DNA from: Chthoniobacterales bacterium
GTDB lineage: Bacteria > Verrucomicrobiota > Verrucomicrobiia > Chthoniobacterales > JACTMZ01
Assembly: GCA_041736875.1 (NCBI GenBank)
Contig: JBGSSV010000180.1
Location: forward strand, 44,851 to 108,850
Reading direction: 5' to 3'
Length of the DNA: 64,000 nt
Below, piece by piece: positions 52,885-61,400 of this stretch; position 1 is the first letter of the stretch, and every line of letters starts with the position of its first letter. Position numbers and translations under genes: made by a program. The notes beneath the pieces were generated by a model. It did no database searches. It was given only the letters and a program-made list of their open reading frames with translations, and was not told the DNA's origin.

Positions 52885-53700
52885 TCAGCGCTCGGCCGTG
52901 GCCTTGCGGTATTGCATGTAGCCGGTGCGGGCCGACATGTAGGGATCCACCGCTTCCTTGGTCATCGCGTCGTAGGTGTCCATGCGGTCAGGGAGGGAAT
53001 TGACGGTGTCTGGCGTGGTGACGGCCATGGTCCAGAAGGCGCCGCCGAAGGCGAAGCCGAGCCAACTGAGCGGGTTCAAGGCGCTGTCGCCGACCACGCC
53101 GACGGTATCGCGGACGCTGTTCGGCCCGATAATGGGGAGGACGATGTAGGGACCGTGGGGAATGCCCCACTTGGCAAAAGTTTGTCCCGTATCGGCCGGA
53201 GGCAGTTCGGCCAGGGCGGGGAATTTGTCCGACGGGGTCATCAGGCCGCCGACTCCAAGCACGGTGTTGACCGCGAATTTTTCCGCCTCGCGGCCGGCGC
53301 CGGGCAGGTCGCCTTGGAGGGCGTTGTTGACGAAGCGGACCGGGAATTTGACGTTGAGGTAGGCGTTGCGGATGCCGGTGCGCACGATCTTGGGCACGAT
53401 GAACTCGTAGCTTTTGGCCACGGGGCGGACCACCCCTTTGTAGAGGTAGTGGTTGAAGCCGAAGAGACCGCGGTTGACCGGCTCGATCGGGTCGTAGACC
53501 TCCAGCACGGCGTATTCGTCGAGGTCGTCATCCGCGGCGGCCGCCGTTCCGGACGACGAGCGGACGGTTCCCTTGCCATCGGTGACGGCGGCGGGTTCGC
53601 TTTTCTTCGGCGCGGAGGCACAGGCGGAGAGAAAAAGCAAGCCGACGAGAGCCACGAGGGATGCGACGGAACGCAGGAACTGAAGGACGTTGGAGGTCAT
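52885..53700 (-). CDS. mlaA: MlaA/VacJ-family outer-membrane lipoprotein
   Basis: Lipobox LFLSAC, DPIEPVNRGLFGFN and GPYIVLPIIGPNSVRDTVG. Start at the internal ATG 53700. Confidence 0.85.
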   Translation of the reverse strand: MTSNVLQFLRSVASLVALVGLLFLSACASAPKKSEPAAVTDGKGTVRSSSGTAAAADDDLDEYAVLEVYDPIEPVNRGLFGFNHYLYKGVVRPVAKSYEFIVPKIVRTGIRNAYLNVKFPVRFVNNALQGDLPGAGREAEKFAVNTVLGVGGLMTPSDKFPALAELPPADTGQTFAKWGIPHGPYIVLPIIGPNSVRDTVGVVGDSALNPLSWLGFAFGGAFWTMAVTTPDTVNSLPDRMDTYDAMTKEAVDPYMSARTGYMQYRKATAER

Positions 53701-54278
53701 TGCGGCTTGGCGGCGGTTTCGGTGAGGGTTGCAACCACGGCCTCGGCTCCGCCTTTCTTGAAGACAGCGTCGAATTGCGAACGGTAGTTGGCGATAAGGC
53801 TGACGCCCTCTATGATGATGTCCGAGACGCGCCAGTTGTCCGCCTGCTCCAGGCGGTAGGTCACGTTGTAGTTGCTTCCCTTGTAGGCGAGCAGGGTGGG
53901 GATTTCGACCCGGCCGGGTGCCGGTTCGACCGCGGACTTGAACTTGATCTCGGGGAGTTCGTTGGGGGTGAGTTTGCCGCTGTAGCCGCGGATGATCAGG
54001 ACGGTGAAAAGGTCGGTGGCCTTGGCCTGCTGGGCGGGGGTGAACTGCCGCCATCCGGGACCCACGGCCCGGCGGGTCATCGTCTCGAAGTTGATGTGCT
54101 TCTCGAGAACGGGGCGGAGTTTGACCGCCATGGATTTGTTGTCCTTCGAGGACTTGGCCGTGGCGAGGGTTTCGTTGACCGCGTCCTGCAGGCGCTTCTC
54201 CGCCTCGGCGGTGGAGGCGAGGGCGGCGCCGGAGAGCAGGAGGCTGATGGCCGGGACGATGAAATGATGAAGTCTCAT
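53697..54278 (-). CDS. mlaC: MlaC/Ttg2D-like periplasmic phospholipid-binding protein
   Basis: Signal peptide, size and position between mlaD and mlaA. ATGA overlaps at both ends. Confidence 0.7.
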   Translation of the reverse strand: MRLHHFIVPAISLLLSGAALASTAEAEKRLQDAVNETLATAKSSKDNKSMAVKLRPVLEKHINFETMTRRAVGPGWRQFTPAQQAKATDLFTVLIIRGYSGKLTPNELPEIKFKSAVEPAPGRVEIPTLLAYKGSNYNVTYRLEQADNWRVSDIIIEGVSLIANYRSQFDAVFKKGGAEAVVATLTETAAKPQ

Positions 54279-54763
54279 GGTGCGGTTTCGGTGGAAGAAT
54301 CGGATGGAGTGTCTTCGTTGACTTTGCCGAACGCCATCTTTCCTATCAACGATTCAAGGTCAACGGCGGATTCCGTCATGGTGATCCGCGACCCGGCGTC
54401 CAGGCTGGCTTCGTCCGCCCCCGGGGCGAGGGCGACGTATTTGTCCCCGATGAGGCCGGTCGTCTTGATCGAGGCCATGGTGTCGGTCGGTAATTTCACG
54501 GCGTTGACGATGCGCATCGTGGCGATCGCGCTGTAGTCGGCAGGGTCCATGCGGATGCCCTCGACCCGGCCAACCTGCACGCCGGCCAGTTGGACGGTGC
54601 TGCCGGAACTGAGGCCGCCGGCGTTGGCGAAGCGGGCTTCGATGAGGTAGGAGTCCCCGCCGATGAATTCGCCGGAGCCGAGTTTGATCGTGAGGTAGGC
54701 CACGGCGGCCAGTCCGAGGAGGACAAAGATGCCGGCCAGGAGTTCCAGTTTGCTCTTTTTCAT
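54275..54763 (-). CDS. mlaD: MlaD (MCE-domain) protein
   Basis: N-terminal TM anchor, then ARFANAGGLSSGSTVQLAGVQVGRVEGI, typical of an MCE domain. Confidence 0.85.
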   Translation of the reverse strand: MKKSKLELLAGIFVLLGLAAVAYLTIKLGSGEFIGGDSYLIEARFANAGGLSSGSTVQLAGVQVGRVEGIRMDPADYSAIATMRIVNAVKLPTDTMASIKTTGLIGDKYVALAPGADEASLDAGSRITMTESAVDLESLIGKMAFGKVNEDTPSDSSTETAP

Positions 54764-55587
54764 GAGGCTTGGGGTGGACTGTGCCCGCTTTGGCGGATGA
54801 CGGCGAGCGAACTTCGCAGGGCGTCGGTGCTATCACGGAAGGCTCCGACGACGGGATGGGTCGAGATCGCGAATTCGTCCGGGGTGCCGGTGAAGCAGAT
54901 CCGCCCCTGGTTAAGGAGGGCGACGCGATCGCTGGCCACCAGCGCCTCGACCACATCGTGGGTCACGACGAGTGCGGTGAAGCTGAACTGGCGCTGGTAT
55001 TTGGCGATCATGGAGAAGACGGTGTTGCGCCGCAGGGGGTCCAATCCGGCGGTTGGCTCGTCGAAGAAGACCAATTCCGGCCGCGTGACAATGGCGCGGG
55101 CGAGGGCGAGGCGCTTCTGCATACCGCCGGAGAGCGTGCCGGGGTAGTGATTCGCGTGATGGTCGAGTTCGAGTTGCTCCAAGGCCTCCATGCTGCGTCG
55201 GCGAATTTCGGCATCCGCGAGGTTGGTTGTTTGCTCGAGGGGCAGGGCGACATTTTGCAGAGCGGTGAGGGAATCAAAGAGGGCATTGCCCTGAAAGAGG
55301 AAACTGCAGCGGCGGCGGAAGGCGGAGCGGGCTTCTCGCTCGAGGAAATCAAGCGGTCGCCCGTCAAACCAGAGCCGTCCGGAGTCCGGTTGCTCGACGT
55401 CAGCCAGGCACTTGAGCAGCACCGATTTGCCCGCCCCGCTTGGGCCGAGCACGGTTGAGACGCTGCCACGGGCGACTTCAAGACTAATGCCCTTGAGCAC
55501 CTCGTGGGCACCGAAACTCTTGTGCAGATCCTCGACTTGGAGAAGCAGGTCCGCCTCCCGCGGAGGTTTGTTTTGCTCGGCACGCAC
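54760..55587 (-). CDS. mlaF: MlaF ABC transporter ATP-binding protein
   Basis: GPSGAGKS, LSGGMQKRLALARA and VFFDEPTAGLDP. GTG start at 55587. The remainder of track ORF ..56502 is an out-of-frame read through mlaE. Confidence 0.9.
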   Translation of the reverse strand: MRAEQNKPPREADLLLQVEDLHKSFGAHEVLKGISLEVARGSVSTVLGPSGAGKSVLLKCLADVEQPDSGRLWFDGRPLDFLEREARSAFRRRCSFLFQGNALFDSLTALQNVALPLEQTTNLADAEIRRRSMEALEQLELDHHANHYPGTLSGGMQKRLALARAIVTRPELVFFDEPTAGLDPLRRNTVFSMIAKYQRQFSFTALVVTHDVVEALVASDRVALLNQGRICFTGTPDEFAISTHPVVGAFRDSTDALRSSLAVIRQSGHSPPQAS

Positions 55588-55592
55588 AGTCG

Positions 55593-56369
55593 TCAGACGA
55601 GGAAGGAGGTGATGACGTAGTCCGCCGCCAGCACGAGGATGCTGGCGTGGACCACGGCGCGCGTGGTCGAGGCGCTGACCGCGCGGGCCCCGGTGGCCCC
55701 GCTGCAGCGGTGGGCGTTGAACCCGTGGTAGGCGCAGATGGAAATGGTGAGAAGCCCGAAGGTGGCGGCCTTGACGAAGCATTCGCGAAGGTCCTTGAAC
55801 TCGACCGCGCGCTCCACCGCGGCCCAGTAAACACCGGAGTCCACGCCGAGGAGCAGCGAGCCGGAAAGGGCGCCGCCCCACAGCCCGACGACGACAAAGA
55901 GGGCGGTCTGGAGGGGAAAAACGACGACGGCGGAGAGGAGCCGCGGGGTCACGATGTAGCCAAGGCTGTTCACGCCCATGGTGTCGAGGGCGACAATTTG
56001 CTCCGAGTTTCGCTGGATGCCGATCTCCGCCGCGAGGGCTGATCCCGCTTGGCCGACCAGCATGAGGGCGGCCAAGACCGGGGCCATTTCCCGCACGAGG
56101 CTGAGCGAGACGAGGGCGCCGAGCAGTCCCTCGGAACCGAAGCGATTGAGCACGTAGTAGCCTTGGAGGCCGAGAACCAGGCCGGTGAAGATGGCGACAA
56201 TGAGGATGACCGGCAGACAGAGCATGCCCTGCTCGTAAACCGCGCGGGCCACGCGGCCGGGCAGGCGGCGAGTCTGGAAAGTGGCCACGAAGGACGCCCC
56301 GGCGAAGAGCGCAAACTCCCCGAATCCTGCAATAATCGACAAAGCCTGCCTTCCGAGCCATCGCACCAT
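55593..56369 (-). CDS. mlaE: MlaE ABC transporter permease
   Basis: MVRWLGRQALSIIAGFGEF.. with five or more hydrophobic segments. An alternative GTG start lies at 56414. Confidence 0.9.
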   Translation of the reverse strand: MVRWLGRQALSIIAGFGEFALFAGASFVATFQTRRLPGRVARAVYEQGMLCLPVILIVAIFTGLVLGLQGYYVLNRFGSEGLLGALVSLSLVREMAPVLAALMLVGQAGSALAAEIGIQRNSEQIVALDTMGVNSLGYIVTPRLLSAVVVFPLQTALFVVVGLWGGALSGSLLLGVDSGVYWAAVERAVEFKDLRECFVKAATFGLLTISICAYHGFNAHRCSGATGARAVSASTTRAVVHASILVLAADYVITSFLV

Positions 56370-56480
56370 GGCCAACAACGTAGACAGAGCGGGGGCCTTT
56401 GGGCAAACCCTCACGAGCCGCAGGCTTGATGCCGCAGATTCTGCTTGCGCGACGGCCGGGAAGGGTGACTGTCACCGCCG

Positions 56481-57035
56481 ATGCGCCCTTGGACCAAAGC
56501 ACTCGCCGTCGTGGTGGTCGTCTGGATCGTTGCAGGCGGGGTCATCATGTGGTCCCGAGCCGCCCGGCCGACCGCCGAGTCGGTCTCGGGCTATTTGGAG
56601 AAAAACCCGCTGGCCGGCCTGAGCGTGGAGCAGCGGTCCGAGGTCCTGACCCGCGCGGCGGATCAGCTCAACCGGCTCAACTTCGAGGAACGGCAGAAAC
56701 TGCGCGCCCTGCGCCGCGACCGGGAGTTTTTCGAGCAACTCACGCCGACCGAGCGACGTGAATTTCTCGAGCGCACGTTGCCCGAGGGGTTCCGTCAACT
56801 CATGCTGGCGCTAAATAAAATGGGGCCCGAGGCGCGGAAAAAGATCGTCAATCGCGTGCTGGAGGATCTGGAACGCGACAGCCCGGAGGTTGCGGGGCGG
56901 ATTGGCGAGGCCGACGCCCAAAAGGTCATCGCCGAAGGCCTGGAGTCGTTCTACGAAGATGCCAGCGCGGACGTGAAGCTGGACTTTGCCCCGGTCATCG
57001 AGCGGCTGCAGCGAGCCACGCAAAACCTAAGGTGA
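56481..57035 (+). CDS. Membrane-anchored helical protein, function unknown
   Basis: One N-terminal TM (ALAVVVVVWIVAGGVIMW) followed by a charged helical domain. It is the first gene of a coupled four-gene operon. Confidence 0.5.
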   Translation: MRPWTKALAVVVVVWIVAGGVIMWSRAARPTAESVSGYLEKNPLAGLSVEQRSEVLTRAADQLNRLNFEERQKLRALRRDREFFEQLTPTERREFLERTLPEGFRQLMLALNKMGPEARKKIVNRVLEDLERDSPEVAGRIGEADAQKVIAEGLESFYEDASADVKLDFAPVIERLQRATQNLR

Positions 57036-57565
57036 ACACGCGAACGGCGGGATTCACGGTTTTGGAGCTTCTGCTGGTCTGCGGGATCGTGGCCGTTCTC
57101 GCGGCCTTCATCGTCCCGGCGGTGCAAGCCGGTCGGGGCCGCGCCGACTCGGCCAAATGCCTCGGCCATCTGCGATCTCTCGGGGTCTCGTTGTCCGGGT
57201 ATCTGGCCGATCACCAGATGAATTTTCCGCCCATGGCGGCGGGTCGGCGCGACCGGAGCGAGCAGATTCCTGTCCTCGATACGGAGTTGCTCCCATACGT
57301 TTCCGACCCGCGCGTTTTTCTTTGCCCCGCCGACAAGGAGATCGGGGCACGGAGCGGGACGAGCTACTATTACAACCTCGCTCTCGCCGGACAGCCCGCC
57401 GCTTCGCTGAGCTTTCTCATGGTGGCCGATTCACCCACGCGGATTCCGGTGCTGGTCGACAAGGAAGGCTGGCACCGGCACAGCCCCAGCCCGGTGAATT
57501 ATCTCTACGCCGACGGCAGCGCCGGACCCGAGTTGCGTCTGTTCGCCCAGCCTGAATCGGAATGA
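57032..57565 (+). CDS. Prepilin-type N-terminal cleavage/methylation domain protein with H-X9-DG-like C-terminus (pseudopilin-like)
   Basis: GFTVLELLLVCGIVAVLAAF and the C-terminal HRHSPSPVNYLYADGS. GTGA overlap. Confidence 0.8.
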   Translation: MNTRTAGFTVLELLLVCGIVAVLAAFIVPAVQAGRGRADSAKCLGHLRSLGVSLSGYLADHQMNFPPMAAGRRDRSEQIPVLDTELLPYVSDPRVFLCPADKEIGARSGTSYYYNLALAGQPAASLSFLMVADSPTRIPVLVDKEGWHRHSPSPVNYLYADGSAGPELRLFAQPESE

Positions 57566-58443
57566 CGCCCATGGTCCAACTGCAGTCGCTGACGAAGAGT
57601 TTCGGTCGCCAGCCGGCCATCACGGATGTGTCGCTCGAGGTGCAGGAAGGCGAAATCTTCGGCCTCCTCGGCCACAACGGTGCCGGCAAGAGCACGACTT
57701 TCGGCATCATGCTCGGTCTGGTCGCACCTGACCGGGGTGAAGCCTTGATCGACGGGCACTCGGTGCAAAACGACCGCGCCCGCGCCCTCGCCGGGGTCGG
57801 CGCGATCTTCGAGACGCCGTCGTTTTACGACTATCTCTCCGGTTGGGAGAACCTCCGCTTCTTCGTTTCGCTCAGCGGCCGTCGCGTGGCACGGGCGGAG
57901 TTGGAGGAGGCGGTGGAACTGACCGGCCTGACCGATCGCATCGGCGACCGAGTGCGAAACTACAGCCACGGCATGCGGCAGCGGCTTGGGCTGGCCCAGG
58001 CGCTCGTGCCGCGTCCGCGATTCATCCTCCTCGACGAACCAACAGACGGACTCGATCCGCTCGGCATTCTCGAAATGCGGGCGACCATCCGCCGCCTGCG
58101 GGACGCGTTCGGCATCACCTTCATGCTTTCCTCGCACCTGCTCGGGGAAGTCGAGCAACTCTGCGACCGCGTGGCCATTCTGCACGCGGGCCGAATGGTC
58201 TTCTGCGGGCCGTGGATGGAGCCGCCCAGCCGGTGGCGGTTTTCTCTCTCGCCCCTGGAGTCCGCCCGTCCGCTGCTTTTGGCGCGGGGACTGACGGAAC
58301 AGGACACCTTGTGGGACGCGCCGGGGGACTTTGATCCGTCGGCCCTGGTCGCGGACCTCGTTGCGGCGGGCATCCGGGTCAGCGCGGTGGAGCCGGTTCG
58401 CCGGACGTTGGAGGACTTTTATCTGGAAACGGTGCGCCGATGA
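57562..58443 (+). CDS. ABC transporter ATP-binding protein (ABC-2 subfamily)
   Basis: GLLGHNGAGKST, YSHGMRQRLGLAQAL and ILLDEPTDGLDP. ATGA overlap. Confidence 0.9.
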   Translation: MTPMVQLQSLTKSFGRQPAITDVSLEVQEGEIFGLLGHNGAGKSTTFGIMLGLVAPDRGEALIDGHSVQNDRARALAGVGAIFETPSFYDYLSGWENLRFFVSLSGRRVARAELEEAVELTGLTDRIGDRVRNYSHGMRQRLGLAQALVPRPRFILLDEPTDGLDPLGILEMRATIRRLRDAFGITFMLSSHLLGEVEQLCDRVAILHAGRMVFCGPWMEPPSRWRFSLSPLESARPLLLARGLTEQDTLWDAPGDFDPSALVADLVAAGIRVSAVEPVRRTLEDFYLETVRR

Positions 58444-59285
58444 GCATGTTCCTGACCCAGCTCGGCGGCGAACTCCGCAAACTCTTCGCCCGCAAGCGCA
58501 CCTACATCGGCTTCGCCGCCTTTCTCGGCGTGGAGTTGGTCGTGCTGGTCTTGCTGCGGCTGCCCAAGGTGCAGCGGAGTTTGGAGCGCATCCTTGAGGG
58601 TGCGGGCTACGCGGCATCCGACTATCTCTCCGGCCTGACCCTCGGCCTCATGATCACGCTCTCGACGGTCTTCCTGCTCGGGGCGCTTTATCTCGCCCTC
58701 GTCGCCGGGGATGTGGTCAGCAAGGAAGTGGAGGACGGAACCATGCGCATGATGCTTTGCCGGCCCGCCGGAAGGGTGCGGATCCTCGCGCTGAAACTCC
58801 TGGCCTGCATCGTCTACACCGTGGTGCTGACCGTTTTCATCGCGGGCACGGCTCTGGCCGCCGGATGGCTGCACGGGGGAGGGGGCGGATTGTTCGTCTT
58901 TGCGCCGAGCGAGGGAATCTTCGCGGTTTACGAGGCGGACGCCGGTCTGACCCGGTTCCTTCTCGCCGTGCCCTTCCTTGCCGTCAGCCTCTGCACCATC
59001 ACGTGCATCGGATTCTTCTTCTCCTGCCTCAACATGAAGCCCTCAGCCGCGACCATTGTGACGCTGTCGGTTCTCTTCGTGGACACCATCCTGAAAAACA
59101 TTCCCTTCTTCTCCGGCATCCGGGGCTGGTTCCTCACGGCCAAAATGGGCGTCTGGGCGAGTGTGTTTGAATACCGTATTCCTTGGGAGGTCATGGTTGA
59201 AGACTACGCCTGGCTGGCGGCGATCAATGGGACCCTGCTCGTGCTCGCGGTCCTCGTCTTCACTTCGCGCGACTTCAAGAGCTGA
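58440..59285 (+). CDS. ABC-2 family transporter permease
   Basis: Six hydrophobic segments. ATGA overlap with the ATPase gene. Confidence 0.75.
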   Translation: MSMFLTQLGGELRKLFARKRTYIGFAAFLGVELVVLVLLRLPKVQRSLERILEGAGYAASDYLSGLTLGLMITLSTVFLLGALYLALVAGDVVSKEVEDGTMRMMLCRPAGRVRILALKLLACIVYTVVLTVFIAGTALAAGWLHGGGGGLFVFAPSEGIFAVYEADAGLTRFLLAVPFLAVSLCTITCIGFFFSCLNMKPSAATIVTLSVLFVDTILKNIPFFSGIRGWFLTAKMGVWASVFEYRIPWEVMVEDYAWLAAINGTLLVLAVLVFTSRDFKS

Positions 59286-59376
59286 CGTCCGATGAGCTTT
59301 TGCGGTGGTGGCACTTGGACGCTTCGGCTATGGTTAAAGGATGATCTTTCACGAAGTTCGGGTCGGCTTGTGCGCG

Positions 59377-60279
59377 ATGGTGGCAAGGGCAGCCAAGTGG
59401 GGTCTGTTGATGGTCTTGATCCTTGGTGGAGTCGCGCAGGCTGACGAGACCAACGAGGCGGGCAGCGCCGCGATCGCCAAGGTTGGCGAAGCGTTCGCCA
59501 AGGCTTTCGATGCCGGCGATGCGCAGGGTGCGGCCGCGGCGTGGACGCCGGACGGGGAATACACCGACCTTGATGGTGTGACCTTTCGCGGGCGGGTGGA
59601 AATTCAGAGCCTTTTCGAGCGCGTTTTCGCCGTGGCCCCCGGGCGGACCATTTCCATCGTGAGCGAGTCGCTGACTTTTCCCTCGCCCGGGGTCGCGCTG
59701 GAGAGTGGCTTCACCACCGTGGCAGGCAAGGGCGGAGAGTCGCCGAGCCGGGCGCGCTTTGCCAATGTCTTCGTCGAACGTGAAGGCAAGTGGCTGATGG
59801 CCAGCGTGCGTGAGTCGTCGCTGGTGGCGGCCGACCGCTCGCAGGAACTGAGCCCGCTGGCCCCGCTGCTTGGCGTTTGGACGGCCGACTTGGGCGACGG
59901 TCAGGAGATTCGCGTCGAAGCAGCGCCGAATGCGAACGGCAACTTTGTCGTTTTGGAGCGCACCATTTCCCAGAATGGCCAGATGGTTGGCGGTGGCACT
60001 GAGTGGATCGCTTGGGATCCGGCGGCCAAGGCCATCAGGTCGTGGAACTTCGAATCCGATGGCGGCTTTTCCGAGAGCGATTGGAAGGCTCAGGGCGAGA
60101 CCCTGACGGTCACGACCCGCGCCACTCTACGCAATGGCTCCAAGGTCGAGGAGGTGCAGAAGCTTTCCGGTGGCGAGGATGGTTTGCTCGTGGTGGAAGG
60201 CGTGAGCCTGGCCCTCGACGGCGCAAACCACACACCAGCCAAACCTCTCAAATTCAAACGTCCGGCACCCAAATCATGA
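59377..60279 (+). CDS. Secreted SnoaL-like/DUF4440 (SgcJ/EcaC-type) domain protein with a second C-terminal domain
   Basis: Signal peptide MVARAAKWGLLMVLILGGVAQA, then AFAKAFDAGDAQGAAAAWTPDGEYTD..FRGRVEIQSLFERVF. ATG 59341 is an alternative start. Confidence 0.6.
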   Translation: MVARAAKWGLLMVLILGGVAQADETNEAGSAAIAKVGEAFAKAFDAGDAQGAAAAWTPDGEYTDLDGVTFRGRVEIQSLFERVFAVAPGRTISIVSESLTFPSPGVALESGFTTVAGKGGESPSRARFANVFVEREGKWLMASVRESSLVAADRSQELSPLAPLLGVWTADLGDGQEIRVEAAPNANGNFVVLERTISQNGQMVGGGTEWIAWDPAAKAIRSWNFESDGGFSESDWKAQGETLTVTTRATLRNGSKVEEVQKLSGGEDGLLVVEGVSLALDGANHTPAKPLKFKRPAPKS

Positions 60280-60794
60280 AATACAAATCTCTTCTCCTCC
60301 TCGCTTCAATAGCCCTGAGCTTGCCGACCAGTGCTCTCGCCTACGGCGGTTGCCACAGCGGATCCTTTCACGCCAGCGACGGCCATTTCAGCAGTTCGGG
60401 CTCCACCTCGTGGACGTCCCGCTCCGGCCAGACTTACAACGCCAGCCACAATGCCTCCGGAACTTACGGCGGCGGGTCCTGGTCCGGACATGGCTCGGGC
60501 AGTTGGTCTGGCTCCGACGGACAAGGCGGCAGCTGGAATCGCTCGGGCGGGGGGAGTGACGGCTACCGTTATGGTAGCGGCAGCTACCACGGTTCGGATG
60601 TCTCTGGGGGCGGTTACCACTACGGGGGGGTAAGTTACGGCGGTGCGTATGGGGGAGGTTATCGGGCCGGCTATGTGGCGTCCCCGGTCCCGCCTCCAGC
60701 TTATGTCCCCGGCCCAGCCTACGTCGCGCCATCGCCTGCTGTGTATGTCGGGCGTCCGGCTTTCCGTCGCATGGGCTACGTCCGCCGCTATTAG
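60276..60794 (+). CDS. Secreted Gly/Ser/Tyr-rich low-complexity protein
   Basis: Signal peptide MKYKSLLLLASIALSLPTSALA, GSW(S/N) repeats, GGYHYGG/YGGAYGGGY, and a Pro/Ala/Tyr/Val-rich tail. ATGA overlap with the upstream gene. Confidence 0.55.
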   Translation: MKYKSLLLLASIALSLPTSALAYGGCHSGSFHASDGHFSSSGSTSWTSRSGQTYNASHNASGTYGGGSWSGHGSGSWSGSDGQGGSWNRSGGGSDGYRYGSGSYHGSDVSGGGYHYGGVSYGGAYGGGYRAGYVASPVPPPAYVPGPAYVAPSPAVYVGRPAFRRMGYVRRY

Positions 60795-60822
60795 TTTTTC
60801 AGCCCGCGGGCTGGCGGAGTTC

Positions 60823-61119
60823 ATGATGCCCGGAAAGTTGGTTGCATGCCTCCTGGCTTGTGTCGTTCTCGCGTGCGCGGCGGCTCGTGAGGCGCAGGCC
60901 AGGGATGAAGAGTGGTTCAAGGTCGTTGGGCCTCGCGCTTGGTTGATCAACTACGATCCGACTTCGCTGAGCAGCCGCCTCGACAGCGAAACCAGCTACG
61001 AGCAGGACCGGGGAGGCGATCACACGGTCGAGATGAAGAACCAGGTTCGACTGGCCGGCACTCCCCTGGATGGACCATGGATGGAACTGCGCCCGATCAC
61101 CGTCTGGAGGCTGGCGTGA
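60823..61119 (+). CDS. Small secreted hypothetical protein
   Basis: Signal-like MMPGKLVACLLACVVLACAAA. No family was recognised. Coding status rests on context only. Confidence 0.35.
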   Translation: MMPGKLVACLLACVVLACAAAREAQARDEEWFKVVGPRAWLINYDPTSLSSRLDSETSYEQDRGGDHTVEMKNQVRLAGTPLDGPWMELRPITVWRLA

Positions 61120-61400
61120 TTTACCTGCTTTGGGCGCGGCGGCAGTTTGCGATTTTTCCCACTGTCGAAGTTCCTCTCTGGGTCCAACAGCTCGAATGGA
61201 AAACCCTCTTGCGGCTGGTCTGGTCGTTCTGAGTTTGCAGCCTGCACTCCGTGCAGCAATCGTGACAACCATGTTTGCCCGTCTTGATTCCCTCCACACG
61301 GCGAAATTCATGAGCTCGAAGTAGAGCGGAGCCAGTCAGGCTGTTGTTTGGTGTCGGTGATTCGACTCGCCCGGGCCGCACGATTCTGTCATCTTTCGAC

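Noticed and set aside
54760-56502. A single 580-aa ORF spanning mlaF and mlaE.
   Set aside because: Only the C-terminal ~275 residues carry ABC ATPase motifs. The N-terminal part is a low-complexity out-of-frame read through mlaE, which is encoded in another frame (55593..56369). A GTG at 55587 gives a normal-length MlaF.
60003-60275. The upstream 91 codons of track ORF 60003..60794, as an N-terminal extension of the Gly/Ser/Tyr-rich protein.
   Set aside because: This part overlaps the well-supported SnoaL-like gene in another frame. The internal ATG at 60276 is followed by a canonical signal peptide and forms an ATGA junction.
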